Below are positions 27,833-38,161 of a stretch of DNA of 64,000 bases, piece after piece. This DNA is from a virus (lineage: Duplodnaviria > Caudoviricetes), in the IMG/VR virus record IMGVR_UViG_3300044846_003573. One strand, given 5' to 3'. The notes under the pieces were generated by a model. The model did no database searches, was not told the DNA's origin, and saw nothing but the letters and a program-made list of their open reading frames with translations. The translations under genes and the position numbers were made by a program. Positions within the stretch are counted from its first letter, which is position 1, and each line of letters begins with the position of its first letter.

Positions 27833-28597
27833 TTATGTTCTTGAAGTTACTTGAGTTGGTTCAGATGTTGGTGCTGTTTTTGGAACACCGAATTGAGTAC
27901 CAACTTTAGCCTTTAAATAGATTTTCTTTTCGGGATTATCAGTATCGTTAGTTTTGATTACTGCAGTTCCAATTAACACTGCTTTTTCTCCTGAATCCGA
28001 AGAAACATCAATTTTTTTCGTTGGGGTGGTATAATGTAAGACAAATTGTGTTGGTCCAGGTGTTCTGCTTACAGGCATTCCACCAATGTATCCTTTTGTT
28101 TCGTCTGAATTTTTGTACCCAAGGATTGGTTTAGAATAATCTAAAGTTACTACAGGTTGACCGTATTTTTTAACCCAATTAGGGTCTGGAGTAAATGCAA
28201 ATGATGATATCATACCTGGCTTACCCCCCATTGCGTATTGACCTATTTCGTAACTTAATAAATAAAAACTACCAAAAGCTTTATCACCTGAGTTATAAGT
28301 TCCATCTGGTATTTCCACGTTAACATATTTACTCATTTCATCACCTTTAATCATTTCACTATACTGTCTCATTTTAGCCTGGTCATCAGTCCATGCTACG
28401 TTAATACCATATACGCGACCATCTTTACCAGTAAAAATCAAACGTGTTGATGGATTAAACGTTGCCTTTCCAGCAGCTTGTTGAGGAGACGCTGTTTGTT
28501 GAGGTGCCTCAGTTAAATAATTTTTTCTTGTTGCAGTTTGATGCATTTCAAGGATTCTGTTTCTTTCTTCAGAAGAAATATCTAATAGTTTTTTCAT
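27833..28597 (-). CDS. hypothetical protein (ISSEERNRILEMH...YLTE N-terminal motif)
   Basis: ORF; TATTTAT upstream on minus strand. Confidence 0.7.
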   Translation of the reverse strand: MKKLLDISSEERNRILEMHQTATRKNYLTEAPQQTASPQQAAGKATFNPSTRLIFTGKDGRVYGINVAWTDDQAKMRQYSEMIKGDEMSKYVNVEIPDGTYNSGDKAFGSFYLLSYEIGQYAMGGKPGMISSFAFTPDPNWVKKYGQPVVTLDYSKPILGYKNSDETKGYIGGMPVSRTPGPTQFVLHYTTPTKKIDVSSDSGEKAVLIGTAVIKTNDTDNPEKKIYLKAKVGTQFGVPKTAPTSEPTQVTSRT

Positions 28598-28675
28598 AGT
28601 TTGTTATTTTCTAAATAAATATGCTGCACATCTAAAAAAGTTTACTATATTTGTAGAAATAAAACAATAAACACT

Positions 28676-29422
28676 ATGAACCTACAAGATTTAAGAACAA
28701 CAGTACCAGCATTATTCCAAACTGAAAAACTTTCAAAATTGTCTGACCGTTACACCATGGTTCCTACCATTGATGTAGTAGACAAGTTCATCCAAAACGG
28801 ATGGCAAGTAAGTGGAGCAAAACAAGTGGGTAAGAGCTCATTTGGTAAACACCAAGTTCGTCTTCGTAATGCAGAACTTCCACAAGTAGGTGACTCGTTA
28901 TTAGAGGCGGTAATCACCAACTCACACAACGGAACTTCAACTCTCCAAGTAGGTGCTGGTTTATTCCGACTTGTATGTAGCAATGGTTTAACTGTTCCTG
29001 TATCAACCTTCGGGGACATGAAACAAACTCACTTGAACTTGAGTATGAGTGATGTTGAATTAATTACTGAGCAGTTCGTATTGAACACTCCAAAGATTCA
29101 AAAGTCAGTAACCCGTATGATGGAAGTGACTATGGATACTGAAAGAAAGATTGACTTTGTATCTAAGGCGGTTGGTATCCGTTGGAAGAACACCGAGGAT
29201 ATCTCAACTCTAACTTTGGAGACAATCATTGACCCACTTCGTGATGGTGATAGTGATGATAACCTTTGGACCACCTTTAACGTAGTACAAGAGAAGTTAA
29301 TCCGTGGAGGGTTCATCAAACAACAAGGACGTAACACTCGTTCAGTAAAGGGTATCCAATCCTTGAATATGGATAACATGATTAACACAAAACTTTGGGA
29401 GCTAGCTGAAACATTTTGCTAA
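28676..29422 (+). CDS. DUF932-family protein
   Basis: ITNSHNGTSTLQVGAGLFRLVCSNGL, NLWTTFNVVQE. Confidence 0.85.
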   Translation: MNLQDLRTTVPALFQTEKLSKLSDRYTMVPTIDVVDKFIQNGWQVSGAKQVGKSSFGKHQVRLRNAELPQVGDSLLEAVITNSHNGTSTLQVGAGLFRLVCSNGLTVPVSTFGDMKQTHLNLSMSDVELITEQFVLNTPKIQKSVTRMMEVTMDTERKIDFVSKAVGIRWKNTEDISTLTLETIIDPLRDGDSDDNLWTTFNVVQEKLIRGGFIKQQGRNTRSVKGIQSLNMDNMINTKLWELAETFC

Positions 29423-31101
29423 TGGACAACCTATTCACACTCATCAACGAAAAATATTATGTCGGTCACTATCTCCCCTACAATTCGGTGGGGGAGATTA
29501 CTGATAGTATTCTTGTAGAACCATTTGGTTTGAAAAATAAATATCATGCGAGAGAGTCTTTTGACGGTAAGCATTATGTTTATACATTTGATAAATCAGT
29601 TAATAACGATAAAGAGGAGTTTGAAAAAAATTATGGTAATCCTCTTTGTGATGTAACTGTTTTTAGAAGTACTTTTGTTGTTGAGGAGAATGAAGATAAG
29701 GTTTGTTTAAAAGTATTCTATTGTGGAAAACACAGAAAGGCTGGAGAAGTATTTTTTCGTAAAAGTACCAAACTAAACTACATTACATTTAATAAGAAAA
29801 CCAATATTTTTACGGTTGGTAAAAACACTGAATACCATAAGAAAAGAGGTAAGGGTAAAGGTAGTGTTGTTAGACGAAACTCATTCCCGATATCGTTAAC
29901 TACAGATGGTTATCATTCATTTATGAATGGGTTAGATGATACCAAAACATATAATTTGGAAATTACCGAAGGTATTAATGTGTTTTTATCTAAAATTGGA
30001 GCAGAAAAAGTTTTAAACTACATTGAGTTACCGATGTCTTTATTTGGATGTTTGTTGGATAAACAAGGTGTTAAGAAACCTGACAATTGGAGAGGGTATT
30101 ACAATGTATATCCAAAACCAATTAAAAAAGACTATAAGAAATACGGATTTAAGATGGTTGATGCTTATATGAAATTAAACGATGTAAGTTCAGAGAAAAT
30201 TAAAAAAGTATTACATAAAGTTCAAAATCCTTGTTTCAAAAGTATTAAAATGTTGATGGATGTCTTTGGTAGAGATTTTATTTTACAAAGACCTGAAGAA
30301 GAATTGTGTATTATTTTTAGTACTAAAACTGACGAATCACCATTTCAACCTGTAAGACATTATTTTGAAAATTTCGGTAAAAGGGATATGAGTAATTCTT
30401 ATCAGATTTACTTATTATCTAAAACCGACCATAATTTATCTACTCATACTTTTTATGACCACGTAAGATTTTTTGATATCATCTCAAGAAATGAGCCGGT
30501 TAAATGGATGTCTAAAACTTTAAAAGAATTTAATGCTGAACATACTATTTGGTCGGACAAAGTTGACTTTTATATCACAGGAAGATACTCAAGACAATAC
30601 TCTAATGAATTTGTTGAACGAGTATCAAAACCAATCATAACAAGTGATAAAATTACATTTAACCCTATTGTATTACAAAGTAGTGAAGAATATGTTGATG
30701 AGTCAGTACACCAATCTAATTGTGTAAGAACTTATCAAGATAGACCTTCATCATTAATTATATCACTTCGTAAAGAGAATGGTGATAGAGCGTCAATTGA
30801 ATATAGACCTTCAATTGGTACGAATAATAAACAACCAGTTATATTCAAACGAGTTCAGACACTTGGAAGATTTAATGGTTTATTGGATGATAGTTGGAAT
30901 GATGCAATTTCTATATTGGATAATAGATTAAAAAGTATCTCTAATGAAGTGTGGGGTAATCCTGTTGCTGAGTTTGTTACTGGTGGTGGAAGAAAAGAGT
31001 ATAACTTCATTTTTGATAAAAATGGACAACTTAACTGGGAACATTTAACAAATTCAATTGACATCGGAGACGACTTACCTTACATTGACTTTGAATGGTA
31101 A
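29422..31101 (+). CDS. PcfJ-like domain protein
   Basis: C-terminal ESVHQSNCVRTY...IISLR...ASIEY pattern. Confidence 0.6.
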   Translation: MDNLFTLINEKYYVGHYLPYNSVGEITDSILVEPFGLKNKYHARESFDGKHYVYTFDKSVNNDKEEFEKNYGNPLCDVTVFRSTFVVEENEDKVCLKVFYCGKHRKAGEVFFRKSTKLNYITFNKKTNIFTVGKNTEYHKKRGKGKGSVVRRNSFPISLTTDGYHSFMNGLDDTKTYNLEITEGINVFLSKIGAEKVLNYIELPMSLFGCLLDKQGVKKPDNWRGYYNVYPKPIKKDYKKYGFKMVDAYMKLNDVSSEKIKKVLHKVQNPCFKSIKMLMDVFGRDFILQRPEEELCIIFSTKTDESPFQPVRHYFENFGKRDMSNSYQIYLLSKTDHNLSTHTFYDHVRFFDIISRNEPVKWMSKTLKEFNAEHTIWSDKVDFYITGRYSRQYSNEFVERVSKPIITSDKITFNPIVLQSSEEYVDESVHQSNCVRTYQDRPSSLIISLRKENGDRASIEYRPSIGTNNKQPVIFKRVQTLGRFNGLLDDSWNDAISILDNRLKSISNEVWGNPVAEFVTGGGRKEYNFIFDKNGQLNWEHLTNSIDIGDDLPYIDFEW

Positions 31102-31436
31102 ACGAAAAAAAGATATTTCTATTTGAGGATAGATTGTTGGATAAAGAAGGACTTTTATCAATTCTTCAGTTATCTGATGGGCACAATCTTTTACCTAATG
31201 ATTTTTTAAAAAGAGATAACATAGAAAAAGTTTTTATCAACTCAATCATGTATAGTGATGGTGAGGTTTATTCCGACTTAATATGTAAACTACCTAATGG
31301 TAGTTTTATTTATTTATCTAAAGCAGATGGGGTTGAGTATAAAGTAAAATTATATTATAACGCTGACAAGTTGAGTGAGGTTAAGTTCTTCTTAACTCAA
31401 CTTTTGAAACAAAAAAAGGAAAGTAAAAGTTTGTAA
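31095..31436 (+). CDS. hypothetical protein
   Basis: ORF track. Confidence 0.65.
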   Translation: MVNEKKIFLFEDRLLDKEGLLSILQLSDGHNLLPNDFLKRDNIEKVFINSIMYSDGEVYSDLICKLPNGSFIYLSKADGVEYKVKLYYNADKLSEVKFFLTQLLKQKKESKSL

Positions 31437-31476
31437 TTTACGCTCTTTGGTGATATTTATAGATATAGTATTTAAA

Positions 31477-32139
31477 ATGTCTGATAATTGTAAAATATAT
31501 AAAATTACTAATATGTCCAATGGACTAAATTATGTTGGGTGTACTATTGGTAAAATGGAAGAAAGGTTCAAAGAACATGTTTATCGTTGTTTTAGTAGTA
31601 ACAATAATTCAAAATTATATAATTCAATGAGAAAATATGGTAAAGAAAATTTTATCATAACTTTGATTGAAGAATGTGAAATGGAAACTATGTATGATAG
31701 AGAAAAATATTACATAAAAGAATATGATACATTTAAAAATGGACTTAATTCTACTATAGGTGGTGATGGTTGTTTAGGGTATACTCATTCTGAAGAAATT
31801 AGAAAAAAAATATCAGAAAATACTAAAAATGGAAATTCACATAAAGGTAAAACATATGATGTGTTATATGGTGAAAATGCTGAATTTGAAAAACTGAAAA
31901 GAAAAACATCGGTAAAAAAAAGTTGGGATAAATTAACTGAACAGGATAAACATAAAAGAATGAAAAATATGTTAGAAAAAGTTAGAAATAATTCCAAAGT
32001 GGGTATTGAAACCATAAAACAAATTAAAGAAGAAATAAACAAAGGTTTGACAAATAAAGAACTAAAAGAAAAATATCCTGAAATAAGATATAATTTATTT
32101 AGTGAATTACGAAATAATCGTAGGTGGAAAAATATTTAA
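31477..32139 (+). mobile_element. free-standing GIY-YIG homing endonuclease (NUMOD3-like)
   Basis: KIYKITN..NGLNYVGCT...RFKEH, EKYYIKEYDT..GLNST.GG, HSEEIRKKIS. Confidence 0.85.
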
Positions 32140-32143
32140 TAAT

Positions 32144-32449
32144 ATGGAAAAAATAAATTCAATACAAATTAAAGAAAAATTAGATAAAAATGAAACGTTT
32201 TTATTAAAAATGTTTGCGGTCTGGTGTTTACCGTGCCGTCAACTAACAGAAGAATTAAATAAAATCAGAACTGATATACCAATCTATGAGTTTGATGTTG
32301 AAAGTGATATTGATTTCTCAAAGAAATTAGGTGTTAGAAATGTTCCAGTTTTAAAGTTTTATAAAGAAGGTGTTGATACTCATACTATGGTCGGATTAAA
32401 ACCAGCTCAGACCGTATCTTCATTAATCCTTGAATATATTGAAAACTAA
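32144..32449 (+). CDS. thioredoxin
   Basis: FAVWCLPC, VRNVPVLKFYKEG. Confidence 0.9.
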   Translation: MEKINSIQIKEKLDKNETFLLKMFAVWCLPCRQLTEELNKIRTDIPIYEFDVESDIDFSKKLGVRNVPVLKFYKEGVDTHTMVGLKPAQTVSSLILEYIEN

Positions 32450-32721
32450 TGGCTAATTTATTGGTTGCGTATACAATGAAAGGATGTCATTGGTGTGTGG
32501 AGTTCAAAAAACAACTTAAAGAAAATAAGATTAAGTTTAAGGAGCGAGACATTGAAAAATACGAAGAGGAGTATAACCTTTTTGTTGAAGTTACTGGTAA
32601 CGATTTTGTTCCGGCATTTATGATTGTGGATACTGTGACAGAAGATGCTAAGTTATTTGCTCCCGACAGAGATTTCCAAGATATAAACGAAGCTGTTGGA
32701 ATTATCAAAAATATTTTGTAG
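32449..32721 (+). CDS. glutaredoxin-like protein
   Basis: YTMKGCHWC, FVPAF. Confidence 0.85.
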   Translation: MANLLVAYTMKGCHWCVEFKKQLKENKIKFKERDIEKYEEEYNLFVEVTGNDFVPAFMIVDTVTEDAKLFAPDRDFQDINEAVGIIKNIL

Positions 32722-32730
32722 TTTTGTTCC

Positions 32731-33258
32731 ATGAAGGAACTAACATTTAAAAAGAAAGGGGTAGTTCATACCCCTTTGACATTTTGGCAAGTTGACCCAA
32801 CATCGAAGATTGCTATCTACCAAGGTGGAAGAGGGGCTCGTCCTGATTTAGATTTTATCGTAAAACATAAGGAAGAAGGTAAGAGATTACGGACACCATC
32901 ACATACACATTGGATTGTTGATTTGATTGCTAAGAAACAATGTGCTCCGAATGTTATTAAAGGGTTTATTGATGACCTGATAAAAATATATGATGAAACC
33001 GAACCATTTAATTGTGTAACATCAAGAGATACCTACAAGTTACAGTATGTTAATAAACTTACACCAAAGTATCTTGAGTTACAAGGATGTGGTTATTATT
33101 CTATTGAAGTTTTAATTTCGTTTATTGAGTTGTTTTCCAAGTGTGAAAAACAAACACCAGGGGCGTTCATGTTTAGAAACCTATTGGTGATGGTTAAGCA
33201 ATATATTGATGGTGAGAGGGACTTCTACCAAATCGTTGGTTATTCTAAACGTGTTTAA
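32731..33258 (+). CDS. hypothetical protein
   Basis: ORF track. Confidence 0.7.
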   Translation: MKELTFKKKGVVHTPLTFWQVDPTSKIAIYQGGRGARPDLDFIVKHKEEGKRLRTPSHTHWIVDLIAKKQCAPNVIKGFIDDLIKIYDETEPFNCVTSRDTYKLQYVNKLTPKYLELQGCGYYSIEVLISFIELFSKCEKQTPGAFMFRNLLVMVKQYIDGERDFYQIVGYSKRV

Positions 33259-33881
33259 ATAACGTTCAGGAACAATTTAGAAGGTAGTTGGTAGTCATCT
33301 GATACCTTACCTTCAAAGTTGTCGTTTAATATCGATAGGATAAGTTCTGAACTATAGTAACTATCTGATTTTACCTTTGTGAATTTCAGGTTACCTTCAT
33401 TACTTTCAAATTCCAATTTAATGTTTCTGAACTTAAAGTACGGTTGTGATTTCTCCGAGATTTTATAAAGGTAAGAATAAAGATTACCTAAATAGTTTTT
33501 AGAATAACCGTGAGGGAATGTTGATTGTATGGTTATTGATGATAGATTGTTTGTTGTGAAAGTTTCAGGATATTCAAATACGAATTTTGTATCCTCAAAG
33601 TTTGTGTCTTTGGTATCATAATCTATGATGTCCAATGTTTTAAGATTAAGAGCTGTTAAATCAGAATAGTTATTTTGTTCTTGTTCTATGAACTTATCTG
33701 TCAGATTGTAACATCCATATATTTTTGGATTCTTTGTATAACCTTTGATAATAAATAAACTATTACAATCAACAACTGATAGTTTTGTTTTATAAGTGTT
33801 ATTATCACTTATTTCTTGACATAAGAAATCTGCGAACTTATTAACAAATTCCTGATTTAAAATACAACTCTCTTTTTCCAT
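33255..33881 (-). CDS. hypothetical protein, weak resemblance to a degenerate S-adenosylmethionine synthetase
   Basis: NKFADFLCQEIS..KLSVVDCNSLFIIKGY and FPHGYS echo the MetK N-terminal and central motifs; HPDK absent. Confidence 0.35.
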   Translation of the reverse strand: MEKESCILNQEFVNKFADFLCQEISDNNTYKTKLSVVDCNSLFIIKGYTKNPKIYGCYNLTDKFIEQEQNNYSDLTALNLKTLDIIDYDTKDTNFEDTKFVFEYPETFTTNNLSSITIQSTFPHGYSKNYLGNLYSYLYKISEKSQPYFKFRNIKLEFESNEGNLKFTKVKSDSYYSSELILSILNDNFEGKVSDDYQLPSKLFLNVI

Positions 33882-34088
33882 ATCCAATTTTAAAACTAAA
33901 ATTTTAAAGGTTAAAGTCTAAATTATTTTCTATTGTATTTAAAATATTCTTTTCTGTCTCGGATGACTAAAGAAACGTTAAAAAATAAAAATATTGGAAT
34001 AAAAATTAAACTAATCATACCAATATATAGGTATGAAATGTTGAAAGTGTGTTAAGGAATTATTAACAAATCTTGAATAAATTTGTTA

Positions 34089-35201
34089 TTAGAAATAACT
34101 ATTAAACTCAATATTAAGACATTTTTTAACGTCACCTAAATCGGGGTAGTCAGGAACTCTTCCAGAACTCAACCAATTTAAATCACCACTTTCAAATAAA
34201 CTTTTAAGTAGGTTGATATAACCTCCGTAATAATTTAAATTTTCATATGGGTTATTTACGTTACTTTCAAACCAAAGTTTAATATTATAATGAGCAGTTT
34301 TTGTGACTTCATATCTTACACCCCATCTTTCTGTTGATGTACTTTTATTGTAGTCGTGTTTTTTGTATTTATACTCTTCTGATTTTTTACTATCAATAAC
34401 CTCACCGACTAATTGTCCTATAAGTGAGTCATACAATTCGTTAGCGTAAACCGACCCATAACAATTTGAGTATAATGAATATAATTCACTTCTTATATCT
34501 AATCCTAAGTTCATTATAAAGTATTCAACGCAATCATTATCTTGTAAAAGTTTAGTGATTATCTCTTCATTTAATTTTAAATTTGATTCATCACCTTGTT
34601 TTTTTGCTAAATCTTCTATTAATTCAGGAGTTATATAATCAATTGATAAATTACCAATTTTAAGTAAATCTTCTTTGATGTATCCTCTAATTTCTTCTTG
34701 ATATTTTGGTTCTAGTTCTTCATAAACATCTTTGAATTCATCACCTGTTACGTCATCATAAAAATAACCATCATAATCCCCATTTAATATTTCGGCAATT
34801 CTATCTTCACTAATATCGTTTCTACCACTACTAAAGAATTGTGCCAGTTCACCAGAATCTTCTAAATCAACATAATATTTCCCATCAATTTCAGTTATAT
34901 CTGAAAATTCCATTTCCATCATCTTATAGATGTAATTTGGGTCTTTTTGTATTAATTGATAAATTATTTTATTTTGATAATCCGACCAGTCATCATTAAA
35001 AGGGTCAATGTAATGTGTTAAATTATATTTAATTATTAACTCAAAAAATTTATCAAAACTACCCATAGCGTTTTCAATATCCTCTTCAGTAACATCTCCG
35101 TTTTGGAATAAAGTAATAAGTTTTATTAACTTATTTTGGAAACCTGTTAGTACGGGTTTTTCCTCTTCTTCGTTTAATTTTTTGAAAATTTTAAATTCCA
35201 T
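34089..35201 (-). CDS. acidic hypothetical protein
   Basis: 370 aa; KLNEEEE N-terminus; TATTTAT upstream. Confidence 0.7.
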   Translation of the reverse strand: MEFKIFKKLNEEEEKPVLTGFQNKLIKLITLFQNGDVTEEDIENAMGSFDKFFELIIKYNLTHYIDPFNDDWSDYQNKIIYQLIQKDPNYIYKMMEMEFSDITEIDGKYYVDLEDSGELAQFFSSGRNDISEDRIAEILNGDYDGYFYDDVTGDEFKDVYEELEPKYQEEIRGYIKEDLLKIGNLSIDYITPELIEDLAKKQGDESNLKLNEEIITKLLQDNDCVEYFIMNLGLDIRSELYSLYSNCYGSVYANELYDSLIGQLVGEVIDSKKSEEYKYKKHDYNKSTSTERWGVRYEVTKTAHYNIKLWFESNVNNPYENLNYYGGYINLLKSLFESGDLNWLSSGRVPDYPDLGDVKKCLNIEFNSYF

Positions 35202-35214
35202 AATTATAAATATA

Positions 35215-35239
35215 AAAAAAGGGGAAAAATTCCCCTTTT
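35215..35239. terminator. intrinsic terminator
   Basis: aaaaaagggga aaaat tcccctttt. Confidence 0.65.
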
Positions 35240-35263
35240 AGTTTTCTTATGTTGCGGGAAAAA

Positions 35264-35305
35264 TTATTTTCCACATCCGCAACCACCACCGTTGTTGTTT
35301 TTCAT
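35264..35305 (-). CDS. 13 aa micro-ORF MKNNNGGGCGCGK
   Basis: manual translation; A-rich start context; tandem with the next micro-ORF. Confidence 0.35.
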   Translation of the reverse strand: MKNNNGGGCGCGK

Positions 35306-35329
35306 TGTTTTTAATTTATTAGAGGTTTA

Positions 35330-35455
35330 TTACTTTTTCTTGTTTTTATTGTAGTACTTATCAATAGTACTTTGAACTGCGTTTTTAATACTCTCAGTTC
35401 TTAACTTTTTCACCTGTTCAGGTGAAGCGTTTTGTTTTTTACATCCACATCCCAT
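35330..35455 (-). CDS. 41 aa micro-ORF MGCGCKKQNASPEQVKKLRTES...
   Basis: manual translation; TATTTAT motif upstream on minus strand (~35473-35479). Confidence 0.55.
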   Translation of the reverse strand: MGCGCKKQNASPEQVKKLRTESIKNAVQSTIDKYYNKNKKK

Positions 35456-35545
35456 ATTGTTGGTATTTTATTATAAATATTTACCACATGTGATTTAATA
35501 GTAAATAATATAGTTATTTTAATATTTATTAATATAATTTTTATC

Positions 35546-36847
35546 ATGAGAGTTAATATAGATATATCACAAATACAAAGGGTTGTTCAGATGTTGGTTG
35601 AGGAAGAAGGACAAGAGAGTGTTGTTATAACACCTGAGCAATATATTAATTTTTTAAAGTTTACTAATTATAACGGTAAATTGGTTCAAAATATGAAACA
35701 ATTCAGAGGTAAACGAATTGTTATTGATGGTGATTTAAGTCTGAGAAATACGGATGCTAATAACATTACAAATATCACAGTTAATGGTGGTTTAGATTTA
35801 TCATATACACTAGTTAATTCTATTGAGGGTCTTATATACAATAATATTTCAACATATGGGACACCGTATCAAAAAATTCAAATCAAAAAACAAAGACAGA
35901 TTGAATTAGCCAAACAAAACGATTTACGACAAGAGGACGAATGGAATTTAGAAACTGCAACAAGTGATATTGCGATTACCGCAAATGTTTTATTTGAGTT
36001 TCTGACTTCATCTTCTGGTCTTTATGAAGCTAAAGAACCTAATCATGATGCTAGGTTACAACAACTTTACGCTGAAAAAGAAAGAATGGAAGAAATTGAA
36101 AGAAAAACGGAAGATAATGAAAATCTGATGGATTTAGAGGCGGTTGAAGAAGAAATTGAATACCTTGAACTAAGAATTGACGTATATAACTTGGTTTACG
36201 CCTACAAATATTATAATATGAGAGTTTTCTATGTGTTAACTGGCGACTTAGAAGAATCAAAAGAAAGATGGGCGGTTGGTGATAATTACGACACCCACAT
36301 GTCAGCGTATGAAAAAATTGATGAATTAATCGATGATATTGGAATAAAAGGTTTTAATCAAAGTTTTGTTGAAGATTATATTGATGTTGAAGAACTTAAG
36401 GAAACTTTCAGAGAAGATGAAGAAAGTAATGTTAGAGAAAACCTTGAAGATTTTTTTAATGAGGAAGATTTTGAATATTCAGACCCAGCAGTTCAAGAAA
36501 GAATTGATGAGATTAATAAAATGTTGGAAGATTCTGAGAACTTATCACAAGAACAATATGACGAATTAAATGAAGAGTTGGATGAATTAAAAGATAGTGA
36601 TAAAACTATTCCTGAAGATTTAATTGAGGATAAGGTTGAAGATTTAGTTAATGATTTGGTTGATGACCCTATGACCACAATTCAAAATTATGGTTTGGAA
36701 ATTGAGAATTATATAGACACACAAGGATTCAAAGAAGGATTACTTCGTTCTGATGGTATCGGTCACACATTGAACACTTACGATGGTGAATACGATACTA
36801 TTGAATTTAATGATGAAACATATTACATTTTACAAATAGAAGGGTAA
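35546..36847 (+). CDS. acidic hypothetical protein with short LRR-like segment
   Basis: DGDLSLRNT/GGLDLSYT repeats; very acidic C-terminus. Confidence 0.7.
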   Translation: MRVNIDISQIQRVVQMLVEEEGQESVVITPEQYINFLKFTNYNGKLVQNMKQFRGKRIVIDGDLSLRNTDANNITNITVNGGLDLSYTLVNSIEGLIYNNISTYGTPYQKIQIKKQRQIELAKQNDLRQEDEWNLETATSDIAITANVLFEFLTSSSGLYEAKEPNHDARLQQLYAEKERMEEIERKTEDNENLMDLEAVEEEIEYLELRIDVYNLVYAYKYYNMRVFYVLTGDLEESKERWAVGDNYDTHMSAYEKIDELIDDIGIKGFNQSFVEDYIDVEELKETFREDEESNVRENLEDFFNEEDFEYSDPAVQERIDEINKMLEDSENLSQEQYDELNEELDELKDSDKTIPEDLIEDKVEDLVNDLVDDPMTTIQNYGLEIENYIDTQGFKEGLLRSDGIGHTLNTYDGEYDTIEFNDETYYILQIEG

Positions 36848-36848
36848 A

Positions 36849-37610
36849 ATGGAAACCAAACCAAGAAAAAGAAGAACAAAAAAAAATAATCATTTCAGAT
36901 TAACGACAGACTGGTTATTAACAGAACCAATTGACTACGAACACAAATATTATATGTTGATGGACTTTTTAAAGTTCTGTGACGATAAGATTGAGAAGTT
37001 TGAGTTATACCCCTTATTTAGTGAAATGTCATTACACTTGGCTAATCTACAAGTGATGTCTTCGGAATTCAAATACATCATAGTTAACAAAAAATTTGAA
37101 GTCATTGATGATGAAATACTAATCAATGAACTTAAATTTACACCAATCCCAAAGTTAGGTGATGATGAGTTGGAGGAACTAAATAAGGTTCTAAAATATG
37201 CCGGACCAAAGTTTTTTGAATACTTTAATGTCATCAAAGCTCTTTGGACATTAACATACGATTCAGTTTCAATCAAACATACCAACGAAAACAAGAAACA
37301 GGATTTAGAAAGAGGTTACTTTTTTACACTTAATGGGAACAACAAAAGGATTTGGAAGTATACAACTGGTGGTATTGATACGGTTAAACACGACAGTAAA
37401 TTTGCGGTTCAGTTAATATTTGATGGGGAAAGTAAAAAGGTAATCAGAACAATATTAAATGAATTAACTCAAGATATAAGTTTACCTATTTTTGAATTAA
37501 TGTCTTCCAACGACCTACCATTTGAAAATACACTCCTACCAATCTTTAAAAGAAAGGTATTAAGTTACATAGTTCAGAAAAAAACAATTGTAAATCTAAA
37601 GAAAAATTAA
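36849..37610 (+). CDS. hypothetical protein
   Basis: ORF track. Confidence 0.7.
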   Translation: METKPRKRRTKKNNHFRLTTDWLLTEPIDYEHKYYMLMDFLKFCDDKIEKFELYPLFSEMSLHLANLQVMSSEFKYIIVNKKFEVIDDEILINELKFTPIPKLGDDELEELNKVLKYAGPKFFEYFNVIKALWTLTYDSVSIKHTNENKKQDLERGYFFTLNGNNKRIWKYTTGGIDTVKHDSKFAVQLIFDGESKKVIRTILNELTQDISLPIFELMSSNDLPFENTLLPIFKRKVLSYIVQKKTIVNLKKN

Positions 37611-37622
37611 TACTTTTGTAAT

Positions 37623-37784
37623 ATGGGATTCAACAAAAAAATAATAGGGGAAGAACAAATTAAAAATTTAGAAAAAGATTTAACTATTATTAATCACTAT
37701 CTCAAAGCTGATTCCATCATTTTCACAAATAACGACGTTGCTAAAAAATTTAAAGAGTATGAGAAACAATATAGACCTGAATGA
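37623..37784 (+). CDS. 53 aa hypothetical protein, missed by ORF track
   Basis: MGFNKKIIGEEQIKNLEK... after TACTTTTG promoter. Confidence 0.55.
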   Translation: MGFNKKIIGEEQIKNLEKDLTIINHYLKADSIIFTNNDVAKKFKEYEKQYRPE

Positions 37785-37959
37785 AGTTCTGTTAAGAAAA
37801 CTTGAAAAACCAGTTCATATCAATTACATTTGTGATTATATCCTACGAGTTGGAATCGATGAAACAAGAAAACGAATTGAAAAACTTGTAAGTGAGGGTA
37901 TACTTGAAGAAAGTAAATATGGAAAAGAATATTATGTCAGAACAAAAAGAAATGGTTAA
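37759..37959 (+). CDS. small winged-helix-like protein
   Basis: HINYICDYILRVGIDETRKRIEKLVSEGILEE pattern. Confidence 0.45.
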   Translation: MRNNIDLNEVLLRKLEKPVHINYICDYILRVGIDETRKRIEKLVSEGILEESKYGKEYYVRTKRNG

Positions 37960-38161
37960 TCATCCATCACACTATGGTGGTGAGGATAATCCATATGAAG
38001 CAATCAAGGTCATTGATGCTTGGGGTTTAGATAAAGATTTTTATTTGGGTAATGCGGTCAAATACCTATCACGAGCTGGTAAGAAAGACAACGTAGTTCA
38101 GGACTTGAAGAAAGCGATATGGTATATTGAAAAAAAGATAGAAAAATTACAGAATGATTGA
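37934..38161 (+). CDS. DUF3310 (SaV-like) phage protein
   Basis: VNHPSHY, FYLGNAVKYLSRAGKK, DLKKAIWY. Confidence 0.9.
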   Translation: MSEQKEMVNHPSHYGGEDNPYEAIKVIDAWGLDKDFYLGNAVKYLSRAGKKDNVVQDLKKAIWYIEKKIEKLQND

